A stretch of DNA of 64,000 nucleotides from a virus. Positions 36,297 to 48,200 of this stretch are shown here, piece after piece (positions within the stretch are counted from its first letter, which is position 1; the number at the start of each line of letters is the position of its first letter). The position numbers and the translations under genes were made by a program. The stretch is taken from IMG/VR virus record IMGVR_UViG_3300043424_000108, positions 1-64,000 of that record, one strand, 5' to 3'. A model generated the notes under the pieces. The model did not search any database and was not told where the DNA came from. It saw only the letters and a program-made list of their open reading frames with translations.

Positions 36297-39200
36297 TTAG
36301 CAATTTTTACTTAGATTATTATTTAGTTCACGAAGCTTACTGAAAGATTCTTGTAGAAGTTTTCCAGACTCTAGGTCAGAGAACTGAGTAACATCAAAGG
36401 TACTAAGTTCGGGAGTAGCCTGAATTCGAGTAGCCTTATTATAAGAGTCTACGAGGAATCTAGCGTCAGCTGGAGTCATCTCTGTTCCTACTAAGCTTTT
36501 TCCTGCCTTCTGAAGGTCTCTCAGTGTTTCCAAAAACTTCTCCTTGAATTGGTTAAGACCTTTAGGATTCTCTGAGATAAAGTCTACAATATCCTGTACT
36601 TCAATCTCTTGACCACTTTGAGCAGATAAAGATAAAGCAACTTGGTCAATATTCTCATAAGGCTCTCCGCTCTTGCTTGTACGACCTACATAGTCTTTTA
36701 TTCCAGGAGTATTAGATACATTAAAGAGTCTATTGTCGTAAGCCTGTCTAACACTCTCAGAATTAATCTTTCCTCCTAAAAAGAAGTCGTATATAACTCC
36801 GACTTTAGTCCCCCCAACAATACTTTCAAAGTTAAAGTTTTTATCAAAGAACACTATTTGTTGAGCAATCTCGTAAGGGTTATTGCTTTTTTGGATTACC
36901 AAATCTACAGTCTCTTCTTCTGTAACAGGTTCAACAAATACTCCTGTATTAAAGATAGTAGGATTAATACTAATCTGACTTCGTAAAGACTTTGATCTGG
37001 TCTCTGGAGACTTGTGTTTAGCAACTATTCCAGCCGAAGTCTTGAGGTAAATGCTAGCAACTTCAGTAGCAGAAATTTCTTCTTTCTCTTCCAGCTGCAA
37101 TTCAGACTGTTTTACTACTGACATGTCTACTGTATTAGGTCTAGAAAGAACATAATCTTTATAGTAGTTTAGTGCAGGTGGTACATCAAGTCTTCTAAAC
37201 TCAGGATGATTCTCATTAAACCTAGCTATAAACTGAGTAATGTAAGGAGTAGTACCTTCCTCAGGAGTTACATCAAGCTCTTCAACAAAATTATTAATTA
37301 TGTCTGTCATAGGAAGAGTATAGATAGACTCAGGAATTAATGGTAGGTAAGAGTCAAACTTTTTATTCAACTGAGTACCTATGATTCCTGCATAAACAAA
37401 AGCTCTAAAGAATCCTTGCATATCCCCAATCAAATCGCTATCTGAAGGATTGTTAGGATCTAATGCAGGGTGAGACCAATTTAATCCTTTTTCAAACTCT
37501 TCTTTAAGAATATCTACTGAGTAGTTTAAATCTGTCTGAGTAATACCTGTACGTACATAATCGGAGTCTACTTCTGAGTTGATTGATACCATATTAAAGA
37601 CATCGTTCTCAGCTGTAATACCTCTTGAAGCCAATCTAGATTTTAAGTTAAGATACATTGATCCTATGTTACCAGGATTTTTCTTATCTAGGTAAGTCTC
37701 AAATTCTCTTACTTCTGGTACATTGTTAATGAACAGGCTATACAACAAGTCATTCTTAAACGTACGAGACAGTTTGTCGTAGTCTAGTTTGCGGTTAGCA
37801 GTCTTAAGTCTAGCATACTCTACTAGGATTTTGTTAGTAATCTTAGAGTTAGCAGATATTGGGAATACTTCTACAAACTTGTCTAACACATCTTGTTGAA
37901 TCTGATAAGGAGATACTACACTATTATAGATAATGTCATTAAGTCCTTCTTGGTTAAATATCTTATACTCTTTAGTACCTGGCTTTACATACTTAGCCAA
38001 CTCTACTACACTTGATCTGAAAGACTCAAAGTTTTGTGGAGAAAATGTATCGTAGTCAACCGAAAGAGATATAGTAGCAAGATCTCTAGTTTGATCCTCC
38101 AACTCCAAAAACAAACCTAACCTAGCCAAATCATGATAAGCATCTTCTACCTCTAACAAATTTTGTTTAGCAGTCTCAGGAGTGAGATTAGATCTAAACT
38201 TATTGTTAACGTTTCTCTTAAGTGCTGAACGACTTATTACGCCATACTTAGTAGTAGACTTTGCAATCAATTCCCTAACTACGTGCCCCTCAGGTACTCT
38301 TGATAGTATGTCTTTTGTAATAGAATCTAAAGATTCTCCCTTTGAATACCTTAAGATAGAAGATCTTATTTTCCTACCTTCTTCATCTAATCCTGCTGAC
38401 CTATTGATTATATTTACAATATCATTGAAGCGAGTTCCTGCCATAGTAACATAGTTTACTACAGGAGTAATAACGTTGTTCAATCCAATACGTGCAATAC
38501 CATCATTCTTTTCAATGTCCACGTGTGCGTTAATCATTTCACCAGTCAACAAAGAAATAGGTTCTCCATCTACATTATAAACTCTACTGAAGTCAATATA
38601 TCCTTCTTCTGTACGATTAGCATCTAGTATGTATTCATAGATAGCAGCTTTATCTTGTCTGTAGAATTTAGTCTTCTGAAGTAAAGAATGGAATACGTTA
38701 TTCTTAGCGTCAGTACCTAGAGAGTTTTTATAAGTATTCAAAGAGAACACATACAGCTGATAGATAGGATTGATAATATTAGTTAAGTCTGCAGTTGCAG
38801 CAGGAGATACGTTACCAAATTCTTTTACTGCTGCATCAATCCTCTTGATTTCGTTAGGCGTAATTAATGCTTGGAATACTTCTGGCTGACTCATTCTTTC
38901 AGCCATATTAAGCAACAATGCATTTGTGTACTGACCTCTAATACTCTTTAACTGTTTAGTAAGACTAGTATTCTCCTCAATAATATCTGCAATAGTGTCA
39001 TTAATATACCCAATCTCTTGAGAAAGTTCTCTGTCGCTTGCTGTAGACAAAACAAAACGAATTGCTTTAATTCTGGATTTAACTTCGTCACTAACCTTAG
39101 ACTTAGTCTCAGAAATTCCACTAGTGAATTTTTCTTGTAGTCTAAGTAAGTCTGCTGCTGTAACTCCTGCTTCAACCAACTCTTCCTCTTCTACACCTTT

Positions 39201-42200
39201 CAAAGACTGTAATTCTAGATAAAGTTCTTTTAACTTAGTGTCAGGATTAAATCCTTTTTCAGTCAATAGATCACGTAACTCATTGACTAATAGATTCTTG
39301 TCTGCAACGAAAGTTCTAATAGTTTCTTTGTTCTCGTGGATCTTATCAAGAATAGCATTCTTAGTTGCAAGTGCTTCTTCAGGAGACTGAAACTCACGAG
39401 TAGAAATCATAGTACCATCTTGTTCTAGGTGAGGATCATAACAGAACAATTTATCAATATCGTAATCCGAACCAGACTTAACAACCATCTCATCTGGAAC
39501 CAAGATGATCTCTCCACTTTCCTCAGGTAGGAACTCAACTACTTCAAAGCTTTCAATAGTGTTGTAACCTGAACCTGGAATACGGATAGCCATCATAGCC
39601 AATTGAGAAGCATTATCCATCCTAAACTTAGGATTCTGTATTGCTTCGTTTAATCTAGTTAAAGCAGTATGTGGATTAAATGGTTTTCCATTAGCATCCA
39701 ATTCGCCAATAGGCTCTCCGTCTACAGGAGAGATAAGATTAAGCAAAGGATAGTAACCTTTAGAGAAAGATACTATTACTTCTGCTTTAGTTACCTTTCC
39801 TCCCTGTACATCATAATAAGCAAGTTTTCTGCTTGGACGAATCAAAGAAACAGGATACTGTACTCTCTGTGCTCCAGGAACTTTCTGGCGTATTACTTGG
39901 TTTCGTACACTAGACACAATAGCACTCTCCATAATAGTACGATCAATCATACTATCTAGGGTGTGCATCAGAGTTCCGTCTGCTTTAAGTTGAAGAAGAT
40001 CTTTAGTAGACTCGGAAGCGTTCTTCTTAGAAATTTCTCTAATCAAGAACTCTACAAGTTTCTGCTTATCTGCTAACTGCTCTAGGAAATTAATCTTATC
40101 AAAGTTTGTAAGACTTTCAATAATATTTTTGTACTCTCCGTAAAGTTCTTCCTCTTTCTCACTAACCAAGTCTTTGTAAATAAGTTTACGCAACTGGGTA
40201 CTGAAGATATTGTTAAAGTCTTCTTTGTTTTCTACTAGTACCTGTTCTTTCAAGTACTTCATATCAATAACTCCAGTAGGACTAGCCTGTGGATCTACTT
40301 TATTCTTATCGTCGAACAAACTTACTGATTCTACTGTTTCGGCTATCTTAGTACCTGATTCAAATACAGCATAGTCTGCAGAAGAAGCGTGCAACTTTTG
40401 AAGAATTCCTTCTAGTTCAGCATCATTCACCATCTCCGAAGGAAGAATAGGCTTCATAGAGTACTTGTGGAATACAGGTACCGATTCTCCACTTTCTATC
40501 TTATTGTGTCCAGAGTACTGTAACTTCTTAATAGTAAACTTATAGAAGGGACCTTGGTTTAATAAATCTAACAATTCTTTCCTAAGTGCCTCTTGTTCAT
40601 ATTCTGGAGCAGTTTTGATCTCTAAATGTTTCTTGTAGATAGCATCCTGTCTCTTAAACTCATCTACCATCTCAGGAGTAAGACCTGACTTAGTCAAAGC
40701 ATAGAATTTACGGAAAAAGTCTAGGGTACAAAAAGCTGCAGCATCTTGTTTAGCTGCTTTTTTGTTATTAGTATATGCTTCTTTACTTTTACCGTATACT
40801 TTGCTTTTAGATGCAGTAACAGACTTAACTAGTTGGTCTTCTAAAACTAAGTAAGAGATCTGATCAGCATTAGCTCTATTAGGATTAACCTTGATTCCTG
40901 TTTTGTTAGCATAGGCCTGGAAAGCGTCCCTACCAGAATACATAGTCAAACCAGACTTATTAGAAGTCAAGTACTCTAGATTCTGCAAATCTAAGGTAGC
41001 ATAACTACCAAAGGCATTCCAAGCACTTAAACGCTTTTCAATGTCTTTAGGGTTCTTGTAATAGTAAGGATGATTAAAGAATATCTTATGTTGTTCAATA
41101 CGAGACACAGCAGAAAAGAAGTGATACTTCATCAATTCTGGAGTTGTAAGTGCGTAGTCATTCCCTAAGATTGCCTTAGACTTATTTGCCTGTGCCCTTA
41201 TGTAGAAGTTAAACCTAGTTAAAATGTCTTTGTACTCAGGCATTCCTTCAAAGATGTCTTTTAGACTCTTTCCAGGTTCTGGAGATTTGAAAGCATTAAG
41301 TAAAGCTGTTCTTTGTCCAGCATTAAATATTTTATGGAAGTAAGCCAACTTAGGACTAGAGTCCTCATCATAAGCAGCAATCCTGTACTTAGAAGAGTTT
41401 TTAAGGGTAACATCTACCTCTGACTTAATTAATGGAAGTATGATACTATTAAACAAATCAGTAGGAACTCCGTTATACACAGAGAAAGCGTCAGCTTCAT
41501 TATTTCCCACCTGTAATCCAATATGTTCACGTAACTTTCTTTCTAGTACTAAGGCTCTTGTAGTAGACTTACCACTTAAGCGGTTAATTTCTTCTATACC
41601 ATAGCGAGTCAATCCAATAATATCTACATAGTGCTTCTTAGATTCATTTGCATCAATAGTCTTCTCACCTTCGTAGCTAGTCTTAATACCTAACAAGTTT
41701 CCTAACTCTACCTTACGAGGAACAAGTTGATTCCCGATTTTATCTACAATACGATTACCTCCATTATTGAATAAGTAAGTTAATACGAAAGATCCTTGTA
41801 CACCTGGGTTATTCTTAGGGTTAAGGTGAGGCAACTCCTCGTACACACTATCTATAGTAGGGTAAAGGACTGAGTCGTTAAGTACACCAAGTACCTTACT
41901 CATGAAAGTGTGTTGGTTAACAGACCATATTTGTTTTTGGTCTGCATTGTAACGCATGTCATCTACATACTCAGGATTTGCTTGTACCTCATACTGAATG
42001 ATTGCAGAAATGTTTCTATTCTCCCCATCTACTTTCTTTTTGCCCTTAGGTGTTGATATCTCGTGCTCAATAGACAAGTCTGCTAAGGGAGACATTATGT
42101 ACTTCTTTACCTGAGAAAGTGAAGATAGCTTTTCGTAAATAAGTCTAACTCTGCTTTCTTGGATAGTCGCATCTTCGTTCAAGAACAACTCTACTGCTGC

Positions 42201-45200
42201 AGGACTAAGATTAAATCCTAGAGGAGTCAACATGTTATACAACGCTTGGTTGTAGTCTCTGTAGTCTTCTTGATCCTTAGGAGCAGGAGGCACACCAGGG
42301 AAATTACCAAAGTACTTTTGTGTATTTAAGTAGAAAGTTCCTGTCTCTTCGTTCCTTGCTGTATAGGGAGTACTAGTAAGAGAGAAGTCTAGGTCATACT
42401 TTTTACGGATGTTTAGAGAATCCAAAGAGTTCGCTTGGAATACTCGTACCTCAGAAATGTTACCTTCTTCATCTCTTTTGATGTTTGCAGTATAACCCTC
42501 AATGTAAGGCATGCTGAACAAGCTAAAGAATTCATTCTTAAAGTTCATACTGCTTGTTCTAGCAATAGAACTGTCTGGTGCTGGAAGATACTGCAGAAAT
42601 TGATTGAATTGAGGATACTCTTCTGCAATCTCTTCTACACGACTATATAAGTCTGCATAAGAGTTTGTTCCAGATAACCTACGCTGAAGAATGTTCCAGT
42701 TAGTATTAAAGTCGCTTAGTATTGTTGTTCCATATATAGGATGGAATACCATACGTCCGTTTTCATACTTAGGCAGCGTTCTAAGAGCATTAACCAATAC
42801 TTGTGAGGCTAACTGCTTATTCGACATTTCATTTACGCTAGCCTCATATGATGCAAATTCAGAGTTTACTTTTTCAAACTCTTCGATACGCTCATTCAAT
42901 ATCTGTTTTTTGATATTATCTTCAAAGATGCTAGAGTTGAGTTTATGAAACTGTGCTGCAGACTGAAAGTTGTCTAGTAAGTCTACAAGTTGGTTTATCT
43001 TAGGAATTAAAGATTGATTGTTTGTTTTCTCGTATTCTTTTGTAAGTGCTTCATAGTCGTTAAACAAAGACTTCTCCATGTAGGAATAAACTATGTTAGC
43101 ATTCTTGCCACTAGATACAATGTTTACAAAGTTTATGCCCTTGTCTTTAAATTGATTGTTTGCAATACTTACGTAGATACTATCTAAGTCATCTAACAGA
43201 GCTTTTGAGTCCTTGAATGATAAAGTATGACTTACTCCTTCAGAATCTTGATAACTATACTTACCAGAATACAGTTTAGTAAAGTACTGATTAGACTCGT
43301 TACGTTTGAACTGAGTCAAGTTACCTTTGTGCAAACGAGAGAAGTAATGATCTATTGTCTTCTTATCAGAGAATAGATTAGAGATAAAGTCCCAGATTTG
43401 TTTAAAGATAGATTTAGATTCCTTTGCTTTCTTCAAAGCTTCAGGCATAGTAACTCCACCACTTAAAGCATAAGCTCTAAAGTCTTCTGCTAGTCTTTCC
43501 TCTAGTTCTACAAAAGACAAATCTCCATAGATGCTTCTTGCTTCTGCATACAAAGCTGATTTCTGCTCAGGAGTTAAATAAAGCTGAGAGAATTCATGCC
43601 ATGCTTCATGGTAAGCCTCTGCGTAATTAGCTCCCTCAAACAAGAAGATACCTGCCTTAGACCACACAGCATAAGCTTCAGGATGACTGATAGTGTTATT
43701 AAAGATGAAAGGAGTATTCTTAAATATAGGGTGATTACTTACCCAGGCTTTTGCTTGTTGATTTTGTTTTTCAGTAATTTGATTGTCTAATAATCTTTCC
43801 CTAAAGAACTCTGACTCACTCGGACTGATATTATCAGGAAGCAAAGTAGGTCTAGTTCTTACTTTTCTAGGCTGTTGTCCAGTAGGTTGAGTGGGTTGAT
43901 CAGCAGGTTGCTCTACAGGAAGGACAACAACAGGTTCAGGAATAACGTTAATGTTATCGTTTACTACGTCTACTGTAGAGTTATCAGATACTTTGTAGTC
44001 AGAACTGAATGAAAGACTTCTATTTTCCTCTCTTAAGAAGGTTGCACCAAACTCAGGACTTTTAATAAAGTCTGTATAAGTATCAAAGTTCTTGGTACTT
44101 ATTTCATTGTTTTTATTTACAACTAATGCTTGGTAAGGTTTATTTTGTTTTACTAAAGACTCTCTTACTAGCTTGTAAGAAGTCTCACCCATCTTAAGCA
44201 AATCTTCTTGTTGGTTTTGAGAGTTTCTGTAGTAGTTCTTACCGTCTTGCCCAACTTCTACATACTTTACTATAAGTTTTTGTGAAGCAGTTGCACACAA
44301 GTACAGATTTGATTTTTTAAAGAATCTAATTCCTGTGGTTTGCTTTCCTTCTTTAATGCCCTTAATATAAACAGAGTTTATCTGCTGGCTTAAATACTCT
44401 AAGAAAGCAGCAGCATTAGTTCTAATAGACTCATCTATGGTAGTAGGCAAAGTACCTTCGTTAAAGGCATTAACTAGTACCTGCAACGTATTACCATTAG
44501 TAGGAATATTAACACCTGTATAAGGGTTACGTACATTTTCTTTTTCAAGATGAACACTACCAGGCTTAAGTAAATAGTCCTTTTGTGCACCTCGACGTGG
44601 GATTACAAGTCCATTAGGAGTAGTAATTACCTTAATAGACTCTCCTACCGCTTGACTCAATGGTCTAACCTTGCTAAAACCAGGTACAATTCCTTCAATA
44701 CGTGAGGTAACTATTTTTCCTTTTGCTACGGTAGCCCTAATTTCTTTTAGCTTAGGACTTGCAGTTGAGTCAGGAAGTAAAGCAACAAATACATTTCCAG
44801 TAGTGCTAGAAGTAGGTCTTCCTTGAGGGTTGAATCTAATAAGGTCTCCCTTAGAGTCTACAAACACACTTCCTACACCTGACCCCAACAACTTAGGATT
44901 ATTCAATACAGCTCCCACAAAACTCTTATCGTGTAAAGGAATCTGTTGTCTGTTGAAGACTTCAACTAATCTAGCTTTCTCTTCTTCGTTTAATGACTTT
45001 TTCTGTCTAAGTTCTTCGATTGTTGCGTAGTCTTGGTCACTCAATATAAACTTATAGATTCCCATCATAGATTGAATCCGTATGCTCATATCTCTATAGG
45101 TACCAGAACGTGTATCTTCTGAGTAAGAAGTAATAATATCTGAACCTAAGTTAATAGTAGAATCATCATAAGAGTTGTCAGTCACAGAATCTACGGTAGG

Positions 45201-48200
45201 CATAGAAAGATACAAGCCATCTATCGCTCTTAACTTTACTTCTTTGATCTCTGAATTTACATTATCTTGGTTAATCTCAAAGTTATCACTAAACACAACC
45301 TCAGGATCTTCTTCTTCTAGTATTCCTGATTCTTCTAGTACCTCATTACTTATAGTATCAGGGGTATTAGTTACTTCAGATTCATTAGCTACATTAGTAG
45401 GGTTATCTGATAAGTTCTGAATACTAGATAAGCGAGTTAATAACTGTTCTAGAAGATCTCTTCTTCCAGGACTTATAAAATCTAAAGAACTCACATCTAC
45501 TACACCCGCTTTAATAGAATCAAAGACAATCTCTACCTCTGCTTCGTGATTAGAGAACAAAGCCAATAATGCGCTTCTTACCTTACTAACACTTCCTAGA
45601 TTAGAAACGTTGTTATAGATTGCAGTATTTCTTTGGGAGATAAAGATCTTTCTATCTTCGTCATCCATCTCGTTATCACTTAGTACTTCATTTAAGTCTT
45701 CTAAGTCTTGGATAAACGCATTGTAGACATCTTGATCTACATCATCTCTTCTTCCTGGGATATTAACTACTGGACTAGGAGTTACTACTGGTGCAGAAGG
45801 AGTAGCGGAGAAGTTGTTGACTACGGAAACATTAGGCGCTACTTCCATAGCAATCTTATTCATCTCAATAATCTTTGCTCTAGAGTTTTCACGAGATAAT
45901 CCCCTAGTAGAGATACTGTAAAGGTTGTTTTGGATAGCGTCTACATCATTTTGCAGATCAGTAATAGTATTTGGGTTCTGTTCTTTTTGGACTCTATGTT
46001 CTTCTAATTCAGCAGCAAGAACAAATCTCTGAAAATCGTTTAAATGATCGTGAGCACCTTCTTCTAATTCTCCAGTTGCCAACTCGTCCTCAGACAATTC
46101 AGCAATTGCAAGTTGTCTCTCTTGTATGTTTTTAGTTTCAGGGTTTCTTAAGTTCTTAGGTACTTCACTTTGGAACTCATCTCCTGTTAGCTGCATTCTT
46201 GTCTCTAATTCCTCTTGAATAGATCTAATAAGCTGAGGAACAGATTCATCATAGGTTTTAGGTCCCTGAACTTGTTCAGCAACTAATGGAGCGTTCTGCA
46301 ATTCAAACTTAGCATCAATACCTTGAATTCTATCAAGAGCAGGCATAAAGGTATCTCTTGCTAATGTTAACTCCAAAGAAGTAAGTTGTTCTGGATTAGT
46401 CTCTAGAGTATTTCTGAAAGTGTTTACTCTTTCTACAATATTTGCATCGACTGTAGATTGAAACTTCTTATATTGTTCACTTACAAACTCGTATCTCTCG
46501 TCCCCTACAGGTACACTCAATAAAGATTGTCTTGTTTGTTCTGCTATACCCAACAAAGAGGTAAGTCTGGTTTCAGGACTTATTGCTGCTTTTGCTTGAC
46601 TATCAAACAACTTAGAGATAATTGCTTTTTTATCTGCTTCCTCTAAGCCAGCATATTTGTCAGCGAGTTTCTTTGTGGTAAGAATCTCTTTGCTAGTCTT
46701 AGCCAAAGAGTCTTCGTATTCTTTTAATTGTTCTGGGGATAGTTGAGTGGGGTCTACATTCAACAAATCTTCTTGAAACAACTGATTATTAAAATAGCTA
46801 AACTGAAGTTCTTTGTCATCTAACAGGTTTGTTAGATTCTTAATATTCTTCATTTCAGGAATAGAATCCAGTCTTCTAGATAGATTATCTACTGCGGCTG
46901 TTTGCTTTAATCCTTCTTCTTTAGTTAACTTATTTAATTGTACTTTGTTAGCAATAAGCTGTTTGTACTTTTCAGGGTTGTTTGCAATATTCCATCTTGC
47001 TTGGTCAAGTCGTTCCTTTTTTATAGCACTCTTAGAAAATGCAGTTGTAGCTCCTGAGACAAACAAAGAAGGAATAAACCCTTCTACAAATGTATCTAAG
47101 AAAGCATCTCCAGTAATTTGATTAGTTTCTTCTACTTCAAAGTTCTGAGAAGAAGCATACTTGTCTACAAAGTAATTTCCTACAAGTGAACCAAGTTCTT
47201 CTATAGACTCCTGAGATGCTCCTGACAAAGTTCTGCGTATTGCAGCAGGGGCCATCAACATAGCCGCCTTAGATGGACTCAATGCTCCCTTAGGTAACAA
47301 TCCTAAAAGTAGATCTCTTTGAGTAGTTAAGCGACTTAAGTTAGCAGGGTCTAGTTTACCTAACTTAGCAAAAGCAGGATCTAATGCACCAAAGGCTACC
47401 TTGCCACTAAACATGTTAACATCAGGAACAATAGTTTCAGTAAGACCTTCTACTCCTGCCCTCATCAATGCTACTTTAAATGCAGCATCTCCATTTTTAA
47501 AATTAGAACGTTCTTCTGCGTAGAATCTAGGGAAAGTAGTAGATGTTACTACACCCATGGTTGAGATTCTTGGTGCCCAGTTCTTTACAAAGCTAGCTGT
47601 ACCTGCTTCACTTAATCCAGCAGCAGCTCCAATTCTTCCATAAGTTAGTCCAGCACCTCTACCGATAGCACCAACTCCTTTAGACAAAAGAATAGTTGTA
47701 GCTACATCTGTAGCAATAGGCAATACCTGTTCTGCAGCAGACCAAAGATTCCAAGTTTTGTTACCGTTTTTATCTGTCCAACTAACTTGGCTCATAGTTA
47801 CCCTGTTACCGTGAATGTCACGAGTAATCTCAGAGTCATCAATTTTGTTGTTTTTGTTTAAGTCTTTTCCTACAAAATATGTTGGAGGAGCAGCATACTC
47901 TGCATCTGACTTAATTTTGTATCCTAGTTCTTCTGCTCCAGCAAGGTAAGCTAGTCCTGATACCTGCTTAAGGAAGTTAGATTTAATTTGTTGACCTGAT
48001 CTGTAGAGAGTTTCTCCTATAGAACCTTGATCACCTTCAGCCAACATTTCATTTCTATAGACTTCTTGTTTCTCTCTTTCCTTCTTACGAGTATACTGTT
48101 CGGGATAAAACTGCTTTAAGTAGTTGTCCTCTATAGTATACGGCTTCAGTTTGTTACTTAAGTTTTTAGAGTAGTTAAGTTCTTTACTTACGTTTGCTTT